From the NCBI RefSeq assembly GCF_009834535.1, contig NC_045697.1, forward strand, positions 7,008,001 through 7,072,000: a DNA stretch of 64,000 nucleotides, given 5' to 3'. Both the position numbers and the translations under genes were made by a program. Shown here in pieces: positions 37,154 to 49,209 of this stretch. The stretch is from Camelus ferus (Eukaryota). The notes below the pieces were generated by a model. That model saw nothing but the letters and a program-made list of their open reading frames with translations, searched no databases and was not told the origin of the DNA. Every line of letters starts with the position of its first letter. The stretch's first letter is position 1.

Positions 37154-38599
37154 CAGTAGCCAAAGTTATTATTTTAATTATAGTTTGATCACCACGATTA
37201 CCTTACTGGATTGGTGTGATCATCCATACTTTGCATCTGAGAAACCCGAGAGCATCCAGAGGACTGAGCACCACTCCGCAACGGGCATATGTTAGATCAC
37301 AGGAGATTGCAGGGTAATTCCCTACTTAGCCTCCTCCATGCCCTGTATCTGGAGAGATGGCTTGCAGGTGTGTCACAGGTTGGGACGGGGGACAGGGCAA
37401 CATCCTTGCCTGGGCCAGAGGATTGTCTAGGAAGAGATCGAAGAGAGGAAAGCGCCCCTTGGGAACAGGGCAGGGAAGCTGCACTTTGGGGACCGAGCTC
37501 CAGGCAGGGCCACCGGCCGCGAGGAGAGCTGACAGGGCAGATCTGAACAGAAAGAAGCAAGTCTTCAGCACGTCTGGAAAGAGGCCAAATTCTAACAGTC
37601 AGGTGTCTGAACAGTAACACACGTCCCCAAGCACGGTTCATCCTTTGCCCAGAAGTTCAGTGGAGACAGGTCCTGAAGTCATGGAATGTTTCTTCACCTC
37701 ATTCTAGGGCTGCTCCACGCCCTCCAGCAGTGGGCTTCTCTTAAGCTGAGTGCCAGGTACCACGTATGAGGTGCAGAGGAGCCATGTTAGCAACAAGGAC
37801 GGAAGTGGTGCTGCCTTTACCCCAGGACCTGCTTTCCTGTGTGCTGTTGCCTTTCTAAATGCTTTTGCAGCTATTAATCCTCACGGGCACTGCACTGCAA
37901 GAGCTCATCAATGACACGGGCTGGGCAGGAGGCAAAGCAAAGCAGAAGACTTGGGTCACGGGATGCTCTGTAACCGTCTTGGGCAACACCCCCTGTTCTC
38001 ACCTCCATAGAAGTAAGATCTAAGGGTTCCCTGACACCCACCCTGCGGTAGCTCTTCTGAAAGGCAGAAAATGACCTTCTGGAAAGGAAACCGAAATGCA
38101 AGGAAATGAACTAAAACTTCCTCATTAGTAAGATTCATGTCAAACCAGTAGGACTTGAATTGGCAGAACCGATATTACAATTCAGGCCCATAGGATTCTT
38201 GTGGCCATAAGCTTTCTCTGACCCTGGGGTCTCTGCGGAGAGAGATGGTGACCAGTTCTGGGCAGAGCAAGGCAGTGGTCGGCAAGCAATGGTGTGCACC
38301 CAGCAGGGCTGGCGGGTCCAGTGGAAAGAGCAGAGGACGCAGGACTGTCAGAAGACCTCAAAACTCGATTTCCAACTCATCTTGTGTCTCTCACATGATC
38401 TAAATGCCAAAGGGCTGATTCTTTCCATGTCCTGGTTGTCCCACGGGGAGTCTACGTTTGTGATAGTAAAACAGCGTGTCCAAGCAGAGTCCAGCTCTGT
38501 CACCTACTAGTTCTGCACATTTAAAGAAGTGGCTTTACCTCCATGATTTCCAGATCTGCAAAATGTAGGAAAACAATAAAGACGTGTACAGACCCCTCC

Positions 38600-38890
38600 T
38601 ATGCCCAGGGTGGCCCCTGGACCAGAGCTCCCCAGGCATCACCTGGGCCCCGTTAGAAATGCAAAATCTCAGGCCCCACCCCAAACCTGCTGAATCCAAA
38701 GTCCCCTTTCACCAAGGTCTATTGCTGTGGAGCACTTCTTTTTTCCAAGTGGTGGTCCCTGTCATCAGAATCACAGGAGGAGTTAGTGAAATATAGATTC
38801 CTGCTCTCTCCTGAATCAGAATTCCTGTAAGAGAGACCTGAAAACTGGATTTTTAACAGAGTTCCAGGTGGTCCTTATGTGCATCAACTT
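38600..38890. mobile_element. Two adjacent MER5-family MITEs
   Basis: ggcatcacctggg..gttagaaatgcaaaatctcaggccccaccccaaacctgctgaatc, then catcagaatcac..gaaatatagattcctg..ttttaacagagttccaggtggtccttatg. Confidence 0.8.
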
Positions 38891-39209
38891 CATTCATTAC
38901 ATCCCTGCTCGGAGGGTCCTCAGTCAACACGGGAGGGTCATTGTGTCCCTCCCTTCAGGGTGTGGCAAGAACTAATGGAGAGGACTGAAGCGCATGGCAG
39001 AATTCTCTCATAAACGTTAACTCCCTGTGCACGGGCCCAGGACTGCTTCTCCTGTGTCGTGATCAGAGATGAGCTGTGACAGCTGCCTGGCACCGGGATC
39101 TTTACAGACACAGTGGAATGGTTCCAGGACAGCATCGCTCTGCACTTAGAGATAATGAAGGTAAAGAAAGTGAGAAACCAAGAGGCCAGAGGGAAGAAGA
39201 AACAAAGCG

Positions 39210-39211
<2 letters not shown>

Positions 39212-39269
<58 letters not shown>
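39212..39269. repeat. (GT)n microsatellite
   Basis: Perfect dinucleotide run read directly. Confidence 0.97.
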
Positions 39270-39270
<1 letters not shown>

Positions 39271-41759
39271 TGAGAGAAAGAGAGAAGTACAGATCAAGGG
39301 AGGGAAAGGCAGTCAGAGCCACAGGGGTTGGAGAGCCCGAGGGAGGAACTTAGGGGGAGATGAAGTCCATCCATCTAAGATGGGATATACATTCTCAAAG
39401 GCCTCCTAAGTGCAAGGATCTCTGTGGATACCTGCCTGTCCTAGTAGGTGCTCAATAAAAATTGCTTTAAGATGAATTGGTGCTGATTTTCAGGAGTTAC
39501 ATCGAATAGAATTGATTGGAACCCACACATTCTAACCTGGCCCCGCACCTTAGCAGAGGGATGCCCACTCTGGCAAGTGTGAACTTTCTTGTTCATGGGA
39601 AGCCAATAGCTTCAAAGAAAGAAAGCACAAGGTGGTTTCTGAGACAGGAAGCCACACTCCGGGTGACATTTTATCTTTCACGTACCCAGGCTGGACCCAC
39701 TTTGCTCCAGGTCCTCAGGCTGCTGCCCAGCTGTTGGCCCAGCTCTGAATCCGGATGGCAGGCAGTGCACCTCTCCCTCTGGGAACTTCAGGAACGTTCC
39801 ATCACGGGCTCCTTCTTCTCCCTGCAGCTCCACCTAGGACATTGTCGCTTGCTCCTCTCTCTAGCCTTCTCCGACATTCTCATCTTTGTCAACTCCTTTG
39901 CCTGCCTGCCCTGCTTCCCTAGACATGAGGGTGAGTCCCCCAGGGACGGAACAGGAGGATAACTTGTCAGTTTAGTGCCCCAAGGACCAGCACAACGTGT
40001 GATGCCCAGAAAGTATTATGTACCTAGATGGTGAGGGAAGAATGAATATATGAAATAATACATTCCTACTGGAAGGAGATATACTCAGCTCTCAGAGGCA
40101 ATATTTAATATGGCAGTTCTTCCTAAGATTCACCTAACTACCTGAAATTCTCCTCTCTTAGCCTCTTAGAAGCAGTCTGCATCTCCACGTACCCCAAACA
40201 GAGGACAGAGGGAACACCACTTCTCGTGGAATAAAATCTCTCTAACCCTCTGCCTGCAACTCCTGACCATCCCACTCATTAAGTTCTAAAACCATCACTT
40301 GAAAGGTAAACAAACAGACAAATAAGACTCCTTTCCTGTAAACAAGTGTTGAGGATGGAGCCTGAGGGTGAAGGAGGCCAGCCCTTATATGGTGTCCATC
40401 CTTCTAGAAAGAGTGAACTTCAGAGCAGCCAATTCAACATTCAAACTCTCCATCAACCTACAGCTATGTCACTTCTGGAGAACTACGTGGACTCCCCGAG
40501 CCTCAGATTTTCCTTCTATACGATGGAGACAAAAATAGCTGCCTTCTGGTATTTCGGGGAGGATCTAAATCTCCCTGCACAACAGCTGGCATCAGGTAGG
40601 TGACCAAACCCATAAATGATGTGTTTTGCTTCTGCTGCTTCGTCTGCTCCCTGCATGTGTTTGCACATCACCGGTGGTCCCTTTTTCTGTGGTTCCCAGC
40701 CTTCCCTGCCACCCCTTGCAAAGTTCTTACTTTCCAAGACCTCGATCCAAAGTCACCTGCTTAAGCATTCAAGGGCACCCCTGTTGCCAGGTGACACACA
40801 ATCCTTAGACTGTAATGAGGAAACCACACGAGGCCCTCTCCAGAGGGTGCCGTCATTGATCTGCAGAGGACCCGATCAGCGGCGTGCCTTGCCAAAGGCA
40901 CATCATTTTGAAGTGATTTTCTGGGAGAGATCACACTATATCGATCTGGTTGGAGGCCAGAGGACTTGAATGTTAAAAAGTAAGCATTGAGATGTTGGGG
41001 CTGGGAGAGTCAGGAAGTTTCCCATTTTATTGTCCCCTGGAGGGTTCAGCAGGCAGGGAGGCTCAGGGGCAGCATTAATATTTTCAAGTTTCAGCTTCGT
41101 TTGAAGCTGCAGAAAGACCCCCTGTTGGCTGGGGGAGATGCCTGCTGGACTGTAGTTTTTGTGTCCTGTTTCCTGATGTGGAGGCCATATCCATTCCAGA
41201 TGGTCCATGGCCAGCCCCTCACCCACCTGAGGAAGCCAGCAGGGTCAGAGGTGGGCACACCCAGCATCTTTGGTGTGTTTAGTCACTCAGCCATTCAAAT
41301 ATGAATGGACTTTGTGCATATGGCATCCATAACGCTGGTTGGAATGAGGGTCACACATGCAAAATAAATATAGCCCTTGCCCCCTAGAGGCTCAAGGGTT
41401 GATTGGGAAACTGTTAGCAAGGAGTCTAACAGGAAATAAAATTCTGTCAAGAACTCAGGCTTTGGCATCAGAATCACCATGGGCCAACCCTCCCTCTGTC
41501 AGGGACTTTCTATGACCTTAGGGAGTTATTGAACCTCTCCGAGCTTCCATTTTTTCATCTTTAAAAGGGGAAGAGTTACACAAATCGCCCTGGACATTCT
41601 CACAGGATTGAAGACGGTGTATGCAATGTGCAGGCAGGTAGAAGGCGTGCAGGTTAAGGCAGGTGTTATTATCAATGCCTTTTGTAGACCTTCCCTTGCA
41701 ATTTTCACACCTCCACACCACACCCATTATGTCAAGGAAGGGAAAGAGAGTCACGTCCG

Positions 41760-41995
41760 AGTCGTCTGTAAGTTCCACATACCCTAGCAGGCACTTTGCA
41801 CAGATACTGTGACGTCTAATCACCTAACAATCCCACGACGTAGGTACCAGCATCTCAGTTTTACAGAAGAGAAAGCTGAAGTTCAGAGAGTTGCTGTTTC
41901 TTGCCGAAGGTCACACAGCTAGCGACTGCCCAGGCAGGAAGTAATCAGCTCCTGGATGTCCTCCATCCTGAAAATCGGCTCTTCCTACTATGCCA
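41760..41995 (-). mobile_element. MIR SINE
   Basis: tctcagttttacagaagagaaagctgaagttcagagagtt..cttgccgaaggtcacacagctag. Confidence 0.8.
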
Positions 41996-42103
41996 TGTTT
42001 GAGTAATAGGGGAAGGCGGGTTTGTATCTTTGAGAAAGAGCGTAACACTGTGGTTAAATGAATCCAAGCTCCAACACGTGCTAGTCACGTGACTTCGGGT
42101 GGG

Positions 42104-42505
42104 TGGGTTACACTTCCAGGGCAGCTGTAGCGAAGTGCCAGAGACTGGCCAGCTTAAACAACAGAAATGTATTTTCCCGCAAGCTCTAGAGGCTGGAAGT
42201 GTAAGATCCAGGTGTCGGCAGGTTTGGTTTCCTCTGCCGCTTCTCTCCTCGGCTTGCACGTGACCCTTCTCCCTGTGTCCTCGTATGGTCTGGTCCCTGT
42301 TTGCCTATATGTCTAGCATCTCTTCGTGTGTCCGAATACCTTGTTCTTCTAACGACGTCAGTCGTACTGAATTAGGACCCTCACAGTCTCACGTTCACCT
42401 CGTCAGTACGTTGAAGGCCCTCCCTCAGTGCTGTCACATTCTGAGGTCCTGGGGTTCAGGCTTCAACACGTGAATTTGGGGGGAGGCACAATTCATCCCA
42501 TAGCC
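42104..42505 (-). mobile_element. MaLR LTR (MLT1A/B/C-like) inserted into a + strand MIR (~42040-42103 and ~42506-42625)
   Basis: gcttaaacaacagaaatgtatt..tctagaggctggaagt..gtcacattctgaggtcctgggg..cacaattcatcccatagc; the MIR resumes ctgtgcctcagtttccttatttgtaaaatgg. Confidence 0.88.
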
Positions 42506-43161
42506 TTTGGTTACTGAACCCCCCTGTGCCTCAGTTTCCTTATTTGTAAAATGGAGAGTATAAGTTGTCTGTAAAATGCTTGGAACAGTGTCTGACACCT
42601 AGCAGACATGATATATTTTCTAAGTAAATAGAATAAAAACCTGTAGAAATGCATTATTTTCTGACTTAGCTGTTTACGGGCAGAACTACAAAGAGATTCT
42701 GATTCTCTGAACCTGGGGTGTCATATAAATATGTGCTCCAGTGATATCTGTTCAACAAATTAATGGAGAAAAGTGATTCAGGTAAGGAGGGGTCAGGTCT
42801 GGAAGAAAGATCAGAACTGGAAGGAAGATCACAGATTGTCTTTTGTCTTAAAAGAAGAGAAAGTTGGGAGTCAGAGGGTTAAGTGACCAACGTTTCACAG
42901 CTAGTAGAAGGCAGAACTGTGCCCAGCCGTCAGAGAAGCGTCCTTCCCCTCAGGACACTGTCCTGCCTTGGACCAAGCAGCCCTCCAGGAAACTGAGTTG
43001 CTTAAACTATGTGAGTTTTCCCTCTGTCCCAAATCATCTCAAGCATCAAATGCGTTCCGGCCTGGGACCGTTTCTTCCAGCAATAACGTCTCTTTTGAAA
43101 ATGTGGCATTTGTATCTTTCACCTGGGAGGCCCTGATTAATTATTAAAAAACAAACTGATA

Positions 43162-43427
43162 TAAAAGTTTATTTGTCTTCTTTTTTTTTAAGATTCCACA
43201 TAAGAGTGATACCATATGGTATTTTTCTTTCTCTTTTGGGCTTACTTGAATAAACAAGTTTATACTGTATAGAATAGGGAACTATATCTGATATCCTGTA
43301 ATAGCTTACGGTGAAAAAGAGTATGAAAACAAATATATGTATGTTCGTGTATGACTGAAACCTTGTGCTGTACACCAGAAATTGACACAATGTTGTAAAC
43401 TGACTCTATTTCAATAAAAAAAAAAAA
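43162..43427 (+). mobile_element. Short 5'-inverted L1 3' end; TSD ~aaactgata/aaactggta
   Basis: Antisense segment at ~43165-43248 (ttaagattccacataagagtgataccatatggtatttttc); sense 3' UTR from 43249 to poly(A); TSD at 43153-43161 and 43425-43433. Confidence 0.88.
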
Positions 43428-44680
43428 CTGGTAAAACTCTGGTTCATAGAGACAAGATGTGTGCTGCTTAAATAGAACAGGGTGAATCACAGCAGATGCA
43501 GCAAAGCACAAGTTTGTGCAAAAAAGGATGAAGCAAAAAAGGCAAAGAAAAAGTGACAAAAGTAAGTGGAGAAACCGTGGCTGAAAATCAGAGGTGTCTG
43601 GGAGTAATTGCTGGCCTTGGGGCTCATTCCGACATCTGCTTTGTTGTTCTTACTACAAGTATCCTGGAATTTATTCACCTTGCTTGTATAAACTGGAGGG
43701 CTAATTAATCATGCATTGATATTCTTATTTAGAGTAGCTATTGTATTTTGTTCTTAAAGCAACAGGACCTTATTTCAAAGGAATGTAAAATTGACATGGA
43801 GTCTTTATATTCCATCTGCTCAATTAAAATAATAATAAAGTGTAATTTCCTATTAAATTATTTGCCTATTATATAAAATGTTAAAAATGCATGCAGTGCA
43901 AAATCGTTCATTTTTTCCTCTCTATATTTTATAAAATCTTTGTGTATATTTGAACACAATATTGTCATTTGCTGCTAATTCACCAAAAGGATCAGATAGC
44001 GTAATTTACTCCGTATTCCTTATTGCAAATTTTGATAGTTTCCAATTTTGAAGGGTAAGTGTAAGCTGGCTTAATTTCATGCTTTGAGTTAATTGGTTGT
44101 TTTTTTCCTACAAAAGCTAAGATTGTGAAAATCAAATATTCTTTAAAGCTGCATATAAAATAATTTCATTAATTGACAGTCACATCGTTGAAGTATACTT
44201 TTGGCTAAATTACTTGAAACAAACAAAAAATAAGGAATACAGTTTCATATGTTAGCACTTGAATCTAGCTATCACTATACCCTGAAATTATGAAAAACTC
44301 AAATAATTATAAAAACTGAGGGAAAAAGAAAGGAACACAAACTTACGAGTCAGACCACGCTGGGTGTGATCCAGGCTGCTCAGGCACTGGCTGTGTGAAT
44401 TTCAACACCTGACCTCACTTTCTGGGTCTTGATTCCCCATCTGGAAACTGGGGATAACATGACCTTCTCAGCATTATGTTCAGAGGAGTCAATTATAAAT
44501 AGCTCAGCAGCTTCCTTCCCCTTACTCCGTTCTGCAGATTCTACACCACCCTTCTCCAGGAATATACAAATAATTCCAGCCCAACCTGGTATTTATTAAC
44601 CTCTATTTTCTACATAATTATATCAAGTCTCCTCTTTAATTTGCACATATGAACACAATGTAAAATAGCTAATTGCATTT

Positions 44681-44713
44681 CTTTCTTCCTTTTTTTTTTT
44701 TTTTTTTTTTTTA
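44681..44713 (-). mobile_element. Poly(A)-only retro-insertion with 12-bp TSD CTAATTGCATTT
   Basis: TSD at 44669-44680 and 44714-44725 flanking ctttcttcc(T)n; minus-strand TT/AAAA site at 44724-44729. Confidence 0.75.
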
Positions 44714-46489
44714 CTAATTGCATTTTTAATTCACTATCAGAAAGATTCTGGCTGAACCAATGCAACAGAAGTGCTATTACAGAACAATTATCACCTCTAA
44801 CGTGTCAGGACACAGAAAGATAAAGTGCTCCAGCCATGGTAGACCAAAGTCCCTTCAGTGCACTGAATGTGGCCTTGTCCCCGAGTCCTTGAAGTTCATG
44901 CTGTTCCCTCAAGTTTGCCTGGTGACTGACTGTCTTTCCTCATCACAGCTCAGCTCAAGTGTTGAAGCCTCCATAAAGAGTCTAGCCCCCCAGGTAGAAA
45001 TGATCACATTTTTTGGTCTGCCTCCACTGCTGCGCACAAGGTTGCTGGTCCTAACATCAACTCCCTTTTCTGAACTTGCCCGCCCATGTCCGTGTCTCTA
45101 CTCATCTGTGTTCTCCTTGAAGGTAAAGATGGGTGTCCTATGCATTGTTCCTCCACAAGTGCCAAGTGCAGTGCCCTGAATCAATGGGTCTATAGATACT
45201 TCGTGAATGAATGAATGAAACCCTGGAACCCTTGGCTCCAGTAGAGTGGGGGCCCCAGCATTTCCATATAATGGGCTTGAGGTGGAAAAGCCATAGGACT
45301 TTTCTTGGAGCCACATTAAGCATCTGGTTTTGCATATTAGTTTGTAACAGGCCAGAACCATTGCAAAGTCTTCTAAGAATACTTTTATTTACACTTTCTG
45401 TAAGATCAGAAAAAAAAAAAGACACTGCTTATGTAAGGTGATAGTGTTAACAGCAATATTTGAAGGCATCTGCTGGGAAAGGTGATAATGAAGTTTATAA
45501 GAGGCTCCTATCTGCCCACCTATGACACTGCCACTGGGCATTTTTCAAAGCACAGTGTTACCCCAGAATGTCAGAGGGAGCCCTGAAGCTGGGATGTTTT
45601 GTGCTCCCTACTCTCCCCCAAAAAAGGCTGACGTGAATATTACATTCTAAATTAATTTTTTAAATACAGCTGTGCTTTATTTGGGGCTCTCATAACATTC
45701 CCAGGAAGATTTATAAAGTCTTAATGAATCACTGAGTCCTTCCCCACAATTTCCTAATTAATTCTATATGAGACCCTGCTTTGATCAATTTACAGACTTC
45801 ATTGTATTTAGTTAATTAAGAAATTGAAGGCATGGATTTTATCATTACTACAGGCAGTTCCAGTTGACCCTGGGTGATGTTTGATGAGCTGCTGTGAACC
45901 TAGAAAAATGGGGTCCTGACCACCACTCCATTAGAAAACTCTAGATGATTCGTGAGATGGGGTTGAACCTGGCTGAGAAAAAACAAGCATTTACTATTAC
46001 TTTAAAGTAGGATGCAGAACACTGGAAAGTTTCACTCAAGCAAGAGGAGGGAACCAGCCCTCGCTGCATGTTTTTAACTGTGTGTTGTCTGTAACTTATG
46101 ACGGTGAAGAGGAGGAGCTTTGTCATGAAAACAGTTGTGTGTGAGTTCTTACTCTGCCATTGCACTAGCTGTGTGACTTAAGTTAGCCAACATCCCCAGG
46201 AGAGTTTCTTGGATGGTAAAATGTTTATAACGATATAATAAAGTACCGGAGAATCGGAATCATTTAACATGGTGCTTGGTACGTAGTTAGGGATATTAAA
46301 AAAAAAAAAAAGCAATTATCGTCATCATCACCATCAGGTACTTTCACTATATTGTATTTTTAATCCTCAAAAATTCTTAAGAGCTAGACATAAATTTTTT
46401 CTTGTACAGATAAAGAAACCAAGTCTCAGAGCATAAAGGAATATTCCTAATATCACACAACTAACAAGACGTGAACATGGAGTTCAAGC

Positions 46490-46962
46490 TGAGGTGGGAA
46501 GCGCCATAAAAAAGACCAGCAGGACCCCCAGGCAGGGCCACTACTCTCCTGCCAGCACCAGCAGGTTCCCTGGCCCAGCGGCTTTATCTCACTTTTTGCC
46601 TCGAAATCGGCTAACTTCTAGGAAAGTGAAGCTCACTCCTGACTGGTCCATTTCCCTCACTCCTGATTGGTTATTTCTCTCCCCTCTGATTGGTCCATTT
46701 CTACAAAGCCTGTTCCTAATTAGTCAACTTTTGTTATACCTTATTTACATATGATGTTGCAAAGTGTAAACTGGCAGCATATAAAAGCCTGTGTAAACCT
46801 ACAGATGGGGTCCAGAGCTTGGAGTGTTACCTCCTCTGGGTCTGCTGGTGTAATAAACCTGAGTTCTCCAACTTTCCAAGTGCTGCTTGGTCTCTCGCCC
46901 GGATCCAGGTTGCTGTCACAACTGAGCTGTAACACTGAGCTGTAACATGTTTTTCTGCAACA
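46490..46962 (+). mobile_element. ERV1 solo LTR, 473 bp, 4-bp TSD AAGC, inserted in a MIR
   Basis: TG at 46490 and CA at 46962; AAGC at 46486-46489 and 46963-46966; repeated ctgattgg (inverted CCAAT); TATAAAA at 46780-46786; AATAAA at 46852-46857. Confidence 0.92.
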
Positions 46963-47059
46963 AAGCCAGGGCCCTTCTCACGAACCTCTGTTCTTTCAAT
47001 TGGCTAGGTTTTCCTCAAGGGGTATAAAAGTGGGATGGTTCTAACATCCTATTTGTGGA

Positions 47060-47553
47060 AATTGATGCCCTTGTGTAATGCCCACCCACACTGAGTCAAC
47101 ACTGATCTATGCGATCAATGGAATACAGCAGAGATAACAGTATGTGATTTCTGGAACGAGACTATGAAAGAGTTAACCACTTCTGCCTGAGTCTTTTGAT
47201 TTGCTCCCTCTGGAGAGAGCCAGCCACTGTGTCCTAGGACATATTCAGACAGCCCTGCAGAGACACCCACGTGAAAAAAAATACCTGAAGCCTCCCTCCA
47301 ACAGCCAGAGCCAACTTGACAGTCATGTGATGAAGTCATCTTGGAGGTAAATCCCCAGCCTTCGTCAAGCCTTCCTACAGACCTGGCCAATATCTGACAA
47401 CCTTAGGAGAAACCTGAACCAGAACCACTCAGCCACGCTGATCCTGAATTCTTGGTGCACAGAAATGGTGAGAGAAAATACCTGCCTATTGTTGTGAGCC
47501 CAAACAGACATCTGGGGGGACAATCTGTTATGCAGCAACAGGTAGCTAATACA
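47060..47553 (+). mobile_element. MaLR LTR (MLT1E/F-like)
   Basis: agccagccactgtg..cagaaatggtgagagaaaata..caatctgttatgcagcaacaggtagctaataca terminus. Confidence 0.8.
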
Positions 47554-49209
47554 CAAGGTTAAAGACACTTGCTGAGGGTCACATAGCAAATCATGCAGAG
47601 CTAGGATTCTCCCTCTGCGTCAATAAGATAGGAAAAAAAAAAAAATCTTCCGTCTCTCCCTTCTCCAGCCCAGCTAGGTTCAGCCTTGTCCAAAGATATC
47701 ATCAACCGAAATTCTACTTTTTTGAATAACGATGCGGAGAGACAGGCTCCACTGGAAGTTGTGGTGTGGCACAGAGCCGTAACGTCTCAGTCACTCCACA
47801 TAAGCATGACGAGGATGTCTAATTCCCTGGAAGAGCCCTCAGAGATGTTCTAGTTAGCCCTCCTTGTTGTACAGGTGACTCAGGTCCAGGGAATGAGATG
47901 ACTTCCTTAAGCTCACACTGTTGTTTGGTGGTGATACCCTGTATCAACAGCAGATCTCCTCATTCCTTATTCTTATGTGTTTTTTATGGTCAAGTACAAG
48001 TGTTTACAAACCCATAACCCACCAAAGACCCCTTTGATTTCCATCCCTCCCTTCCTTTTATTCTCAGTTTTTGAAATAGCTTTGTTAACTGAAGTTTGCA
48101 CTGATTCAGCAAGAACAACCTACGCTATCTTATCATGGGTCAATTTAAGGTTTTCACTGGCTGAGCGCATAGAATGGAAAAAGTTGATGGGAGTCCAAGT
48201 TGCTGTCTTTGGGGTCTTCAATGTACTCAAGGCCAAATTTGAGAATATTAACTTTAAACCAAAGATGTTGGCCTCCTGTTGGATTTTCTGCAGCAGCATT
48301 TGATGTTCTGATTCTGTTTTTTTTTTCTTTTTTTCTTTTTTCCTTGAAACTTCTTTCTTGTTATATGGACATCCTTCTCCATAATTCTCTCAACTTTCTG
48401 GACGTTCTTTCTCAGTTGACTGGTATGAATTCACCTCCTCCATCAGCCACTTAATGTTAGTTATCACCCAGGGTTTTTTCCTTGACTCTTATTTTTCTCA
48501 GTCACACATTAAAAGTTCTCTTTTTTTTGTCTTCATTAAGAACACTTACCGTTTCTTCAAAAAATAGAGAATAAGCGTCACTTCTCTAGAGAGTGTTTTC
48601 TTGCAACAAAGTCTCTGTGCTAGATCCTTATCATTTACTTTTTCTACCAAAGTGTTTACCACTTTCAGAAGTTATCTGCTGGCATGTCTGTCTCTTCTGC
48701 TAAAATCTGAGCTGCTCCAGGTTAAGCTCTGGTCGTATTTATCTTGGTATCGACACTGCCCAGCCTGGAGCCTGAGTCAAGCAAGCTTTCAATAAACACA
48801 AGATGAATGGATCTGAACTAATCATTAACAGGAAAATGTCACGTCAGTGCATCTGCTGTGCCCTGTAGGTAACTACTGTTTTTCTGTTTCCCCAGCTCAT
48901 CTCTACTTGCTGAAACAACTTCTCCAAAAGAACCGACACCCACCTCCTAAGTGGAATCTGTTCAAGCTAGGGCAGACATTTAGACCTAAAGCCGAATGTA
49001 GAGAGAAGAATTTGGCCTGAGGGATGGTCACTAGGGAAATCACAACTCACTCCTGCTGAGAAGAGGGAAGAGGGGAAGAGGAATTTATAGCCCCTCAAAG
49101 ACTCCTAAATACAGTCCAGGAAATGCCATTACTGTAATTGGTGGAGTATAACATATTGATTAGTATGTATTTCTACCAAGAGGGCGAGATAATTAGCTCT
49201 GGACTACTT

